Below, piece after piece: positions 1 through 13,224 of a DNA stretch of 64,000 nucleotides. Origin of the DNA: Octopus sinensis. Taxonomy: Eukaryota. The stretch is from the NCBI RefSeq assembly GCF_006345805.1, contig NC_042999.1:76942001-77006000 (forward strand), read 5' to 3'. The position numbers and the translations under genes were made by a program. Each line of letters begins with the position of its first letter. The stretch's first letter is position 1. A model generated the notes under the pieces. It searched no databases. It worked only from the letters and a program-made list of their open reading frames with translations, and was not told the origin of the DNA.

Positions 1-350
1 TGTATGCATGTATGTATGTATGTATGTATGTATGTATGTATGTGTATGTATGTATGTATGTATGTATGTATGTACGTACATACGCCTGTGTATGCATGTA
101 TGTATGTATGTATGTATGTGTGTATGTATGTATATATGTATGTGTGTGTATATGCACGCACATACACACTATAAACATAAAGCTATAAACTTGTAGTGAT
201 GGATAGATGTAGACTGACCACTCATCACAATAATATCAAATTTCAACCTCCCCCGCCGAAACTAGGAAGTGATTTACGACCCTCACCCCCAAAAACGGCT
301 TTTGTGTGTTTCTTAAATGGCTTACAAACACCTTCCACGCTGCAATTATA

Positions 351-392
<42 letters not shown>

Positions 393-430
393 ATATTATA
401 TATATATATATATATATGTATGTAAGTATG

Positions 431-471
<41 letters not shown>

Positions 472-515
472 TATATATATATACACATACATACATATAC
501 ATACATATATATATA
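1..515. repeat. (TATG)n (1-160) and (TA)n (345-515) microsatellites
   Basis: Directly visible tandem repeats; they explain the YVCM/IYIY ORFs. Confidence 0.95.
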
Positions 516-727
516 CAGCGTGAGCCAAAAGTAGGTTTACAGTTATCACGTAGGCACTTAAATTTCTTTTAAAATATTTTATTACATTTGAATTTCTATC
601 TTACAATTAACTAAATTAGCGTCGAACAATGGTTTCAGATATTTTTATAATTAAGATCTAAACTGTTGATATATGAATGCGAAAGAGATAGTTGAATAAC
701 TGTAAACCTACTTTTGGGCCACCCTCT
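516..727. mobile_element. Tc1/mariner-type MITE, family A, copy 1
   Basis: Termini CAGCGTGAGCCAAAAGTAGGTTTACAGTT ... AACTGTAAACCTACTTTTGGGCCACCCT are inverted repeats, with TA on the left; a homologous copy lies at 13854-14080. Confidence 0.8.
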
Positions 728-745
728 GTGTGTGTGTGTGTGTGT

Positions 746-837
<92 letters not shown>

Positions 838-838
838 A

Positions 839-998
839 CGAGGGGCTGCTGAAAGTTCCTGCCTTTAAGGGTCTCTATAAAGCTTAGAAAAAAATTGAAG
901 GACTGTTGCAATAAGTGTGTGAATCTGAGAGGGAAATACGATTAATAAAATCAATTGTATTTTCTTTTACCCAAAACCAGGAACCCTTCGACACCTCA
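839..998 (+). mobile_element. Mariner-derived MITE, family B, copy 1
   Basis: TA|CGAGGGGCTGCTGAAAGTTCCTG ... CAGGAACCCTTCGACACCTCA|TA. The interior reads LKDCCNKCVNLRGKY, resembling a mariner transposase C-terminus. Second copy at 10849-11071. Confidence 0.7.
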
Positions 999-2189
999 TA
1001 TATGTTTATATGTGCATGCATGTTTATGTATGAGTATGAGTATGACTGGGTTTCTAAAATCAATTGATTTACTAAGATACTCCCCCTTCTAGAATGATAC
1101 TTTCATTTTACTATTACTTTACACTGGGTTACATTTTCACGTCATATAAATTGCTACAAATATTTTCATTTATTAAAAATTTGTGTTAGGTCCATATACG
1201 TTATAATATATTCTATCATTTATGCACGTCACATTTTTTCTCTGAAGATAATAGACTTTTGGTGAAACAAACTTTCTTTTTATTATTGTATCCATATCCA
1301 TGATACGATAGATAGGTAAGCAATATAAATTTTAACCAACTTTACATGTTAACTGATATAACTAACCATTATTTAATACTGCATTGTTTATTCAGACGAC
1401 TTTTGTTTTTCGCATCATAAGATCAACAATCACAAATGTTCCCAATAACATTATCAAAGTAAAATTTTTTCTTCTCTTCTTACTTTTTCAAAAATATTAT
1501 TCCGCTTTTTACTTAATCTAAATAAAATAAACATGAATATTCGGATACTACATTGTTTTCTATTTACAGTATTTAATATATTGTAAATGATGAATTTTTT
1601 ATAGATCAGGACACGTTAATAAATTAATTATTAGAATTTTAGTTATTGCATTTCTAATCCAGAGATGGAAAAGCACTCTGTGCTCTACACAGACACGAGT
1701 AGTGCCATAAAATCTCTGCACTTTTACTGTCTCATCTATGCAGTTTATGTGCACAATTTGTGTGTGCAATAAAGATTTACACCAGTGCAAGCTGCTCGTT
1801 ATTTTTTAATGTACCACACAGGTTCGTGTGTACTTTTTGCAGCAAGTGCAATGTCTGTGTCCATTTCTGTTTTAATACAATTTTAATGCTTGTTTATTAG
1901 GTATTAAAATTTTATAAAAGCTGATGGTGCCTTTTAATACTTTTCGTACATTATTCGGTGTACTGGGGATCGAAAAAGGCTCAATATGTATCATGGGTAC
2001 GACTATTTGTAAAACACTCGGCTAGTTACTCTTTAAATGCATGGGAAAGCAGATGATTTGATTGAAAAGGTAGAATATTCATCACAGAAATCGACAAAGT
2101 TTCATTTACTTTTTTATTTTATATATGCTTACACGTGTTTTTACACTGTTATATATTATGCATAACACACACACACACGCACACATACA

Positions 2190-2192
2190 CAC

Positions 2193-2243
<51 letters not shown>

Positions 2244-2730
2244 CGACGACGACGACGACGATGATGATGATGATGATGATGATGATTACGACGATGGCGA
2301 CGACGGTTAAGATAATACTGATAATGGTATTCTGTTATTCCATTCACATCTACGATGTTTTATGGCAGTATTTAATAAAAACCCAGTACTTGACTAGTAC
2401 GTCATTTTATCGACCCCGGAAGAATGGAATGCACTGATGATGATGACGAGGACGATGAGGATGACGCTAATGAAAACGACAGCGACAACGGTGACGATGA
2501 TGACGGCGGCAGGAATGGTGGTGGTGGTGGTGGTGGTGGCGGTGGTGGTGCTGGTGGTGCTGGTGCTGCTGCTGCTGCTAGTGGTACTGGTACTGGTGGT
2601 TGTGGTTTTGGCGGCGATGTCGGCGATGATGGCGGTATGATGATGATGATGATGATCATCATCATCATCATCATCATCATGGTGATGATGACGACGATGA
2701 TGATTTTTGAAGGTGACAGCGATGATTTGA
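2190..2730. repeat. Compound trinucleotide microsatellites (GAT/GAC/GGT/GCT/CAT)
   Basis: Directly visible; source of the poly-D/G/M/H ORFs. Confidence 0.9.
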
Positions 2731-3274
2731 AAATGTAGGCAGGGCGGTGGAAAAAAAGGATCAATAAATCTAGAAGAAAGGTTAAATGAATAAAACAAAA
2801 AGAAAGAAGCTAAGAAATGTGGAATATAAAATGACTCTGGTAGTAAAGATGCTAATGAGGTGATTGTTAATGAAGTAGGAAGATAAAAACATGGTGGTGC
2901 AAGAGCAGAGGGTAATAACAATAACGAGATAATGACTCCAGTAGCACAACTGGAGGGGTCACAAAGTACAGAAGCATTAAATTTAAATACAGGTTGGGCA
3001 CCGCTACGCAGTTTTTTCTATCTGCTAGAAAAACACCTGAAATTTCGTAAAATCACATTCTGATGTCATTCTAAAACATGTAGATAGATTTTTTAAACAC
3101 TCCCTTGAATAATAGATACGATGGTCATAAATGATCGCTGGCTTGGGGCTAAACAACAGCAACTTGTATCTATAGGGCAAGTCATAGTTATCTACACCTT
3201 TTGTTTTTTTCAGTGTTACGTGAATGAAAGTTATGTTTCGCTTAAGATGTTGTTCTGTTGAAGGTTGTATACCC

Positions 3275-3675
3275 TCTCGTTTACTTGTTTCAGTCATTTG
3301 ACTGAGGCCATGCTGGAGCACTGCCTTTAGTCGAGCAAATCGACCCCGCGATTTATTCTTTGTAAGCCTAGTACTTATTCTATCGGTCTCTTTTTGCTGA
3401 ACCGCTAAGTTACGAGGACGTAAACACACCACCATCGGTTGTCAAACGATGTTGGGGGACAAACACAGACTCACAAACGTATACATTCTCATACATACAT
3501 ATACATATATACGACGGGCTTCTTTCAGTTTCCGTCTACCAAATCTACTCACAAGGCTTTGGTCAGTCCGAGGCTATAGCAGAAGACACCTGCCCAAGGT
3601 GTCACGCAGTGGGAATGAACCCGGAACCATGTGGTTAGTAAGCAAGCTACTTACCACACAGCCACTCCTGCGCCT
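3275..3675 (-). mobile_element. tRNA-derived SINE
   Basis: Minus-strand head AGGCGCAGGAGTGGCTGTGTGG (A box) ... GGTTCATTCCC (B box); homologous to the + copy at 42540-43005. Confidence 0.85.
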
Positions 3676-3894
3676 TCATTCCCATCTTCCAAAAAATAAC
3701 TAAAGCAACAGTAAAACTCTATGAATTTTGTTCATCTTGCTAGAAAAATCACCCTCATCATACCCAGGCGTTAAATACACTGTTTCAGTAAAAGTATGAT
3801 CACCGTTGGAACGCTGTTAATCATAAATCCTCATCATCGGAGCTTCGTTGGGACTAAACAAAAGTAGCAACTACAACAAATGAGTTCTGCACGT

Positions 3895-4240
3895 ATTTAT
3901 TATTTTGGTTTGTCTCAGGTTCGGTCTTTAGATAGCAGGTTACTACCTGTAACCTTAGGTATCTACAAGTTTTCAGCAGTTTTTCAAGAGCTTAGAACCC
4001 TCCGGGTAATCTTTGCTGTCCCTAAGAGACGCACTTTCTGTAGAAGCTCCATCAGGCATTCTATTTCAATCTCTCTCAACCATTTTTCTATATCTTGGCT
4101 TAGTGTTCCCAGCGCTCCACATATTATAGGCACGACCTTTACTGTTCGAATACTCCAGATTCTTCCTATTTCAAATTCCAGGGATTGTATTTTTTTCTTG
4201 GTAATGCGTGCTTGTGTCTCTACATCCTGATTTCTTATTA
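3895..4240 (-). mobile_element. 3' fragment of an R4/Dong-like non-LTR retrotransposon (REL endonuclease region)
   Basis: The minus frame reads ...EIGRIWSIRTVKVVPIICGALGTLSQDIEKWLREIEIECLMELLQKVRLLGTAKITRRVLSS* (stop at 3984-3986), matching the VVPIVIGALG...LQK..LLGT..I.R.VL motif of REL elements. A 3' UTR hairpin AGGTTAC-N5-GTAACCT lies at 3937-3955, followed by an AAT-like tail. The + ORF 3880-4230 is its antisense. Confidence 0.8.
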
Positions 4241-5665
4241 GGTGCAGATTGGCTTTGCCTTCCGTCTTTCTAAAATAAAATTAGGTGCAACAAAGGTACT
4301 TCCTTATCTAAACAATCATATACTTACTTCCTACATATTTGATCTTGTTATATTAGATATATTAATTAGTAAAGTCCAGGAGACAGTTTTATGGCCCTTG
4401 TAGGCCATTCTAGACAATTGAGATTGATGCACTTAATGCTCTGCTTGACCTTCTAAAGGGCCTTTTTAGTTTTTATTTTATTTATAAGTTTTTCAATGGA
4501 GAGTGGAGTAGTGTGAAAAGCCTCTTAAATGTTTTGATATACTTCCAACAAATTAACAGGTATTGGATGGCTTTCCTAACTACACTGAGGATTTAGAAAA
4601 ATGGGTGGCAATCATCCAGTTTTCATGTTGGTATAATATTTATTAGATTAGTGGACAGGATTAGTGTTCTGGTACATGGTTACACAACCCACAACTTACA
4701 AGGTGCAGTCATTGGAAGTAGGACTTTTGGGAAAGCACTCGATTAGTACTAACTTTTGCGTATAGCCTGAATGATTTAATTAACGGTTCCCTGACAGATT
4801 ATCATAAATATTTAATACAGCTATATAAAAAAACAGTTAGATTTAGTAAGAAGCAATGAATAGAAAATATCGAGTTTAAAATGGATCTATCTAGTAGACT
4901 ATAAAAGGTTTATAAGAAAGTCAATGAAGCAGGTGTTCTATAAGCGCGAAGAAACATCAACTGATATATGCGAGATTCGAGGAAATGAGAAAAACTAGTC
5001 AGCATAATCGTTCAGTATCCACAGATTGCTTCAATGTGAAATATTGCTGAACTTCGCATACAGAACAGGCTTGATTATAATACAAATATATCCTTTTTCT
5101 TTTTTATTTTACTAAATGGTGGCAATGGTAAAATAGATAATAACATGTCTTCTACTCTTCAACCAATGTCTCATTAATTGAGACAAGGGAGAAGAAAAGA
5201 AATATTGCCCTCCAGTAAAGTTCAGATAGGTAAGCAGGGTGAATTTGGTGTCGATGAATCTATGCAAAAAATGACATTTCAGCTTTGCTTATGGATTGTG
5301 TTGAAATATCAAATAACGTAAGAAATCTTATAGTAGTACCTTCCTGGTCAGGTGGTATAAGCCATTATGTTAAAGTTTTACTGGAGTTTCCAGTTCTTTA
5401 CGAAACCTGTAATTCTGTCTCAAATTCTGTCTCCTCACAGAAAGAAATATTACTGCAGCGTGAATATTTATATGCAAATATATATATATTTATAGGTAAA
5501 TACACATGACACATTTGTAGATGTGTGAGTGTCAATTCGACGGCCCGATACCTCACTGTATTACATCTTATTAACCACGTATGGACGAAAGTCGAACTCA
5601 GAAGGAGTTAAACTGAAGGAGAAAATGACACACACACATATACAGAGAGACACACGTATATATAT

Positions 5666-5712
<47 letters not shown>

Positions 5713-6429
5713 GTACCCCACTAGATTTACACCATAACTAGCTTTTAGAAAAGTATTTTTCACCAAACGTACTCAACAAATATTCATAAAACTATTAATT
5801 ATTCAGGGCTGCGACCCAAAATATAGAGTGAAAGAATATATTTATGTGTATATGTTGTGTATACACAGGTGATTGTATGTGAACAATTTTTTTTTTTATG
5901 TATTTTGTCACTTGTACTTTGTTTCTATATGCAAACACTAATGGATTTGCCTTTACCAATTCACTTGAATCATTTTTTCTTACCTCTGTAGAAAATGAAT
6001 CTTTTATTGTTTTTTTTTCTCTCAGTTCATCTGCTACCAGTTCGTCTTTCTTCCGTGTGAAGTCAATAAAATATAATATAGTGAGGTTTCGGGTCGATTG
6101 TATCGACTACACTAATTCACCTACACACCCATGAAACACCCGAGTTAGGAAAATCATTACTATTATTGTCTTTTACTTTTTATTCTTATAGTTCTTTCCC
6201 CTTCCTTTAGTTCATCTTTTTCTTCTGTTTTTTGTTCTCTTCTCTTTCTTCTTTCTCCTTATTTTCAACGCTTTTTTCGCCTCTATTCAAGCTTACCTTC
6301 GTTTTCTGTTTCTTTCGCTTGTCATTTCTTCTTTCACAAACGTACATTGAAACTCAGATTGTATATATTACTTGCCACCGACTTTATACTGCCTTCACAA
6401 CTAACAAGACATAACTCTGTCCATTTAGT

Positions 6430-6526
6430 TATAAATAGGCACTACAGACTCGGTACTGCTTTCTGATTCCTATACTTGTTGCCAAATCCAGAACCGCATG
6501 AAACTGCTGTTTGTTGTTTGGTGAGA
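6430..6526 (+). promoter_or_regulatory. Candidate TATA box, short 5' UTR and first coding exon (MKLLFVV) with a splice donor
   Basis: TATAAATA at 6430-6437; ATG at 6498 followed by AAACTGCTGTTTGTTGTTTG|GTGAGA (donor GT at 6521). No downstream exon was identified. Confidence 0.3.
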
Positions 6527-8259
6527 GTTCAAAATCTGAAACTAAGCAGCCTTCTATGTGAGAAAGACAGTTTCATTTAATTTAGAAAGAATGTGTGTGT
6601 TTATTTTTTACGTTTTCTCAAGTAAATTTCTCCAGATTTTTTTTCTTCCTTCGATTTTCGAGCTTAACGGTGGTTAATACCTTCAGCGGAGAGTAGAATT
6701 CGATGATATTATTTATTAATGATTTATGTATTATTCATTTATTTATGATTTCATAAAGCAATCGATGCTTAGGAATCGATATCTTGTAAATACATGTGAA
6801 AACACTTACGTGTAATCAGTTTCGCTGTATTTCAACGTATCTTGGCAGGTGGAAGGACATGATAACAGATAAAAATCAACAAGTAACCGCATTCATAATG
6901 CACACCGATGATCGTTATATTGTATCAGCAAATTTCATCTCATTTCATACTATAGTTATATTCTTAGAATTTTTATATTGGACGAACAGCAGTTCAGAAA
7001 AATCTCTAGTTTATATATATTATATATATATATTGTTTTTTAACGTCGCGAAAACACTCCAGAATTTAAGCGTTAGGATCTGTTTATCCTGAGTTCATAT
7101 CCACCGATACTCATAAGCCAAAACATGAGTATTGGTGGATATGTTTAATGGCGGAAATACGACATAAGCGTTCACACAGCACTCTGCCACTGTCGGTTCA
7201 ATAATTCAGTCGTTTATGTGAACCAATACAGTGATTTGCTTTCAAAACTAACATATTGATTTTTCTGTAGGCCACGCACAAGGCTTAGATTATTTACTTA
7301 GTTATTTGAAATTAGCACCAAGTAACCAACTTTGCCCGATTTCATAAAAGAAACCTAAACAAATTAGTCATTATTTTTTTTATATATTCTTTTTTTTCAC
7401 TTCGAATTCGATTTTTGGTATTATTATGGAAAGAACCGTGTTTTGTCTGCGGGTATATTTAAGATGAATCTGTTCTATGAAAAATCTTATGCAGTTAAGA
7501 AAGAAGTTAAAAAGAAATGAAGAATGCAGAACATCCATACACATACTATACACACACACACACACATGCATACATGTGTATACATATATATACATGTTAT
7601 ATATATATATATATATATGTACATATATGTAATGTGTATCTGTGTGAGTGTGTGTGCGCGCGCACGTTTATGTGCGTGTGGGTGCGTGTATGTATGTGTG
7701 TGTGTGTGTATGTGTGTGTGTGTGTGTGTGTGTGCGTGTCTGACTAATTTTCAACATTAATTGTAGGAATAACATGTAAGAAAGAATGTAACAGTGAAAC
7801 GATATCGTAGTATTAAAAAAGAAAAAACATTTAAAACCAAGTCAAAATCCATTTACCAGTACAAAATATGAAAACATGTATCATGTTAAAAATGTAAACG
7901 GAAAAAATGTAATATAACCATACATTTTTAATGAATAGTTTCGCCACGTAATTCAGCTGACATCTCGATTCATTGAGACTTAAAATGGTTTCAACTGTAT
8001 ATATGTTGCCTTACTTTCCAGTTCATAACAAGTGTAACTTACATAGACACGGCATTTAAGTAATTGCTGGTATATTCAATACAGTGAGTATCAAAAGTTA
8101 TTAGAAATAGTAATGCGAAGAGAAAAGACAGCTTTTGCCCATAGTTCTATGTAATTTCAGCAAGAATGGGAAGACAACTTGGGAGATACTTTCGTCTTAT
8201 TAGACTGCCGCTGTGAGCCATAAACTTTACTGCAATTGTCGAAGTTGAGATGAATACTA

Positions 8260-9715
8260 TACACAAGTGGGATTAAGAAATAAGTATGTTTTAGGAGTCA
8301 AACTTTTGTTTTTCTTGTGGGTTCTGTCTCTGAGTAATTAACTTCGAAGGTATTAATCAAAGAAATTATATTTTTTCGTTTGCATCAGTAGTTTAAACAC
8401 ATTTTTGTTAAGGGAACATCTGATACGTGATCTGAATCAGTTTAACTTTTCCTATTACATTTTGGTGAGGTCATAAGTCTTAAGAAATATGAAGAGGTGG
8501 TATTTTTTTTCTTCAGATCAACATTAGAAACTGACTGAATTCTCTTTCTTCCAAGGGCCTATGAAACTTGGTTGGCAATTTTATTATATCATAATGCTTT
8601 GTAATAGTGTCACTGTGCGTCAAATATAGAAAACAGCAGTTCTTGCAGAATCCTCCTCGAATATCCATTAACATAGCAATTACTTGAAGATCCCTGCAAA
8701 GATCAATTCGGTGATCGCCGTTTAGAAATGCATTAAAAAAGATCGCCGCGTTACATTAAAGATTCTTTCGAGTGTACCGAGTGAGTGATTGGAACATATG
8801 ATTTTAAATTTCCATTATGCAATAAAACATCTTTTAAACTTCGCAGTGATGAAGCATAATAGTCACCATTCACTTATCATGCCTTTCAGATAAACTTGAA
8901 AAATGTCCATTAATGTCATGACAGTAACAGAGAAGACCATCACTTTGGAATAAATTGCTAGATCAAAATTTCACTGTTGTTTTCTTCAAGCAAGTGTGTT
9001 TTAAACGAGTCGCGAGAAGCCCAGCTTTATCGCCTGGCGGTTCTAAATCCTTCACAGGATCACTCAAGTTTCCTTGTATGAAAAGAAGTAGATATACTCC
9101 CTGTTGGTTCGTATTCGGAACCTGATGAAAGTTCAGAGTCAACATCGAGAATTGCATCTACGTATTTCTTTTTTTATTGAAGTCGAGCTCGTCTTCAGAA
9201 AGAATAGAAACAGAGTGTTTCCTCATGAAATACAGATCAACCTGCAAAATCCTAATTGAGATAAATGATTATATTTATGCTTTTTATGGAAAACATTTTA
9301 ATACTAACAATGCAAAAATAGTAATCTTTAAGGTGACCTTTCTATTACCTACATATCATTGGCACTGAAAAATGCAGGTACCGGTGGCTTGCCTTTAGTG
9401 CCCAGTCAAAATAGAGGATGGTTATCATTTTAAGACTTGTAATATATCTCCGTTGTGATTTTGTTGTGAAGCTACCATACACATAGCAAGAATAAGGGTC
9501 TGGGTGATTTTTGCATCCTTTTGTCATTTTGATAGTTTAGTTACAATATTTTATAAACTTCAAACAAAATTTTATGTAAAAATCGCAGAGTTCTTGCAAA
9601 ACATTTATGCATTTATTAGTAAAATGAAATATTAAAATATATATCTAAATTGATTCTTAATATGTAAGAGAAGGCAGTGAATTAAAAGATCAAATGGCCA
9701 TGTCTAAAAATGTAT
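8260..9715 (-). mobile_element. Degenerate, internally deleted Chapaev3-like (CMC) DNA transposon
   Basis: Minus-strand frames give motifs in the expected order: MTKGCKNHPD..CYVYGSFTTKSQRRYIT; FSVPMIC....H..DYYFC; FIQGNLSDPVKDLEPPGDKAGLLATRLK; SSLRSLKDVLLHNGN...PITHSVHSKES; CRDLQVIAMLMDIRGGFCKNCCFLY; PPLHI. There are many stops and frameshifts. The superfamily name comes from recalled motif similarity; ends are approximate. Confidence 0.7.
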
Positions 9716-9725
9716 GACTCTGTGT

Positions 9726-9816
<91 letters not shown>

Positions 9817-10848
9817 TGCGCGCGTACGTGTACATGTATCTGCGAGGGAAAAACCAAAACAGTTTCATAATCAGTGACAAAAAAATACTTTAATTACACC
9901 TTTTTGCCTTTTGAGGTATGTTTTTGAAAATTCTAATTTTTCCTACCCACTAGTGTACATCATTGGATGTCATCTTGGTGTTTCAGTAAGTGCAATATGT
10001 TGAAGAGGTCGAATGAAACTGAAGCATTACCAAAATCGTCTCCTCCTACATGTTGAAGTTATTAAAATAATGTTTGCTATTAAACTAATGTTAATTTGTC
10101 ACAGCATAAATATTTTAATTAGATTTTTAATGTTTATGAAAACTGCAAATAGATATAGACATCAGAGCTTTGGATAGAATGTTTTGCGATATTTGATAAA
10201 GTCTCTGTACTCTGGGTTCGAATCCCATCGGAATCATTTTTGCCTTTCAACCCTTTTACAGTCGATAAATAAGGTACCATTCCATGACAGTAGAGTGATG
10301 GAATTATTAGACAGTCGAACGATATATCTTGTGATATTTATTGCCTTCTGAATTCGAATACCGCCTCTTCTCACTATCAAAACAAACGGTAAAATTGTAT
10401 TAGGAATTGGGGGTGATAGTGTCAACAATTTAAAAAAACTAATGGGAACATAGTTTATTTTATGAAGCGATACAAGTTTTAAGCACACTACATCAAATAT
10501 ACTAACTTCTAACTTAACTGTTGGTTTTCATGTAAATGGCGTTTCTAAGTAATTAACCTCGGTAACTTGTTTTGTATCACAGATACAGTTCACCTTTTAA
10601 GTTTTTTGCTTTTGTTTTTATTTTATAAGAGAAAAATTATTTCAAAATTTTATAACGTCTAAAGTCAAGTTACAGAAGCGAATAATTTTTTTTTTACATT
10701 GAACAAAGAGAATGTAACTCACCCTCTCAGATACACTCAGATACATAAACACATATTCACGCAAGCCCAAAGAGGCAAGGATAATCATTATTTATTTTAT
10801 ACGATGATACATACGTTTGTGCATGTGTCTGTATATATTACATATAAG

Positions 10849-11070
10849 CGAGGTGGTAGGGTTGAAAAGTTCCTGACTTTAAGGTATTGTGAAGACCTGG
10901 CTGGAGGCCCAGCATTTCAAGCTCTTTTATAGGGGTAAGAAAAACTGAAGGACTGCTGTAATAAGTGTGTGAATCTGAGAGCGGAATATCTTGAATAAAA
11001 TCATAATTAACTGATCCTCCTGTATTTTCTTTTAGCTAAAGCCAGGAACTTTTCAGTCCCCCCCCACCTC

Positions 11071-11071
<1 letters not shown>
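10849..11071 (+). mobile_element. Mariner-derived MITE, family B, copy 2
   Basis: CGAGG...GAAAAGTTCCTGACTTTA ... AAAGCCAGGAACTTTTCAG...CCTCG|TA; shares GAAGGACTGYTGYAATAAGTGTGTGAATCTGAGAG with 839-998. Confidence 0.75.
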
Positions 11072-11125
<54 letters not shown>

Positions 11126-11183
11126 ATATATATATATATTATATATATATATATATATATGTATGTATATATATACATATATA

Positions 11184-11218
<35 letters not shown>

Positions 11219-11522
11219 ACAAATATAGGATGAAGTCCCTTTCTCTACAGAAAAGAATTCCATCAGGAAGCGTGGCAGTATATTAAAAAAACCTTTACGG
11301 TTAAAATTATAAACATCTTATAAGCAAGGGCTAAAGAAGATTATTCTAAAGCCAATATACTGATTATCCATTTATAATCCACTTGCTACAGGAGAACTGA
11401 ACAGAAATCGGGCAAACTAACCGTTGGAAAATTTAAATTTCGTTATCTCTATATTGAATCAATTTCGGAATTAATCTCATAAAGGATTCATTCTTCATCG
11501 GTAGAGCTTACAAGGGAATATA

Positions 11523-11568
<46 letters not shown>

Positions 11569-12273
11569 AATATAGGCAAATAGAAAATTAAAATTAAACA
11601 AATAACAAAACACCAAAAACCAAAATATATAAGTGCTTATTTATTTAAGAAATATATATTTACTGTTAAGCATATAAACCGGGTTGATAATAATTCGTAC
11701 AGCAATACATGTCCGCAAATGTCTTCCGTACTTTAGGGAAACATGAAAAAAAATACAAGGCATAGACTAATATTCCGTTTTTCCTTGCTGCATATGTTAT
11801 AGTACTTTAACATCTTAACGCTCCACACAATAAATATTCCAAAACCGATCTTCTGTTTATCATGCTGGTGTAATGGTGGTGCAGGGCATCTCGGAATAAA
11901 TTTTTTCGTAACAATTCTATCTTTCTACGCCAATAAATATACATTTCTAGGTATACACTTCGAGATTCGCATACAACCAGTTTGGTAAGCTAAGGTAAGT
12001 CCACACTTATCAGTGATGATGCTCAATGAAGCAGAAACTTGTCCGGAGTTGTCTCCCGTGTGCGAATGGAAACTGAAAAAAAAATTGATATTATTAACCG
12101 CCTGCTATTATCATTTTCTCGCAGCATGTTTTATTCTATTTTAGCTTTTTAATACGCCATGCATTAAATATGCTGACACATTGAATGTACCTCGATAAGA
12201 ATTGTCATTTCATAATTCCCTTATAACTGAAATACAACTAATAATGATAATAATAAAAATACTAGTAATAAAA

Positions 12274-12274
<1 letters not shown>

Positions 12275-12347
<73 letters not shown>

Positions 12348-12349
12348 TA

Positions 12350-12399
<50 letters not shown>

Positions 12400-12430
12400 A
12401 ATAATAATGATGATGATAATAATAATAATA

Positions 12431-12475
<45 letters not shown>

Positions 12476-12490
12476 TAATAATAATAATAC
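12275..12490. repeat. (AAT)n/(GAT)n microsatellite
   Basis: Directly visible. Confidence 0.95.
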
Positions 12491-13224
12491 TAAAAAAAAT
12501 AATATTGATAATAATAGTGTTTTACCTATTACCTGTAGGAGCGCATACACACCATACAAACGGGTTTTAAAATACGTGCAGATCTACAAATGTGTGTCAC
12601 GTGTGCATATATATATATATATATATGCATATATGGATACAGGACGTCACCAACTGTGAAAATAATATGAAGTACGAAAACACAAACGAGCTGAATGCGT
12701 AAACAACGAGAGAAAAAATGGAAAACACGACAAGTAACACAGTTGTCAGCTGTGTATCTACTCCTCATTTCGAGCATTCAACAACTATATGAGTCTTCGA
12801 AGACAGTTGGTCCCATAAATTCCAAAATAAAATTTTTGATTTATTGGAGGGTCAAAGTTAGGAACAAAAACAGGACAATGGTGACATACAAGGAAACCGA
12901 ACGAAAACAGTGATGGAGGGTCGTAAGACCAGAAATATATATATATACACACATATATATATCATATATATATATATATACAAGATAAGAAAATGGAGAA
13001 ATATATCTAAATCAAATATCAATTACCAGAAAATACTCAATCACATACTTTATTAAACCACCACATAAGAGACTGTAGGGTTAAACATAAAAAGCAGAAC
13101 AAACTAGTGTACATAAAGGAATGTACATAAAAAAGTGTACATAAAAGAGTAATGTTGTATAATAAGTAGAATATATATAAAAAAGAGAATATAAATATAA
13201 GTAAATATAAATATAAGTATAGAT

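Noticed and set aside
8-549. ORFs rich in YVCM/IYIY (and all similar HT/CV/LSIY/DRQT ORFs across the window)
   Set aside because: They are translations of di- and tetranucleotide microsatellites.
2394-2921. 175-aa and overlapping poly-D/G/H/T ORFs
   Set aside because: Compound trinucleotide repeats are open in several frames on both strands, with no domain or splice support.
3880-4230. + strand 116-aa ORF
   Set aside because: It is the antisense shadow of the minus-strand REL retrotransposon frame.
5850-6110. Open minus-strand frame with AG|GTAAGA near 5980
   Set aside because: Lys/Glu-rich by composition only, with no credible acceptor or homology, and next to SINE debris.
11985-12005. 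Perfect AAG|GTAAGT donor
   Set aside because: It lies in repeat-like sequence with no open exon or acceptor upstream.
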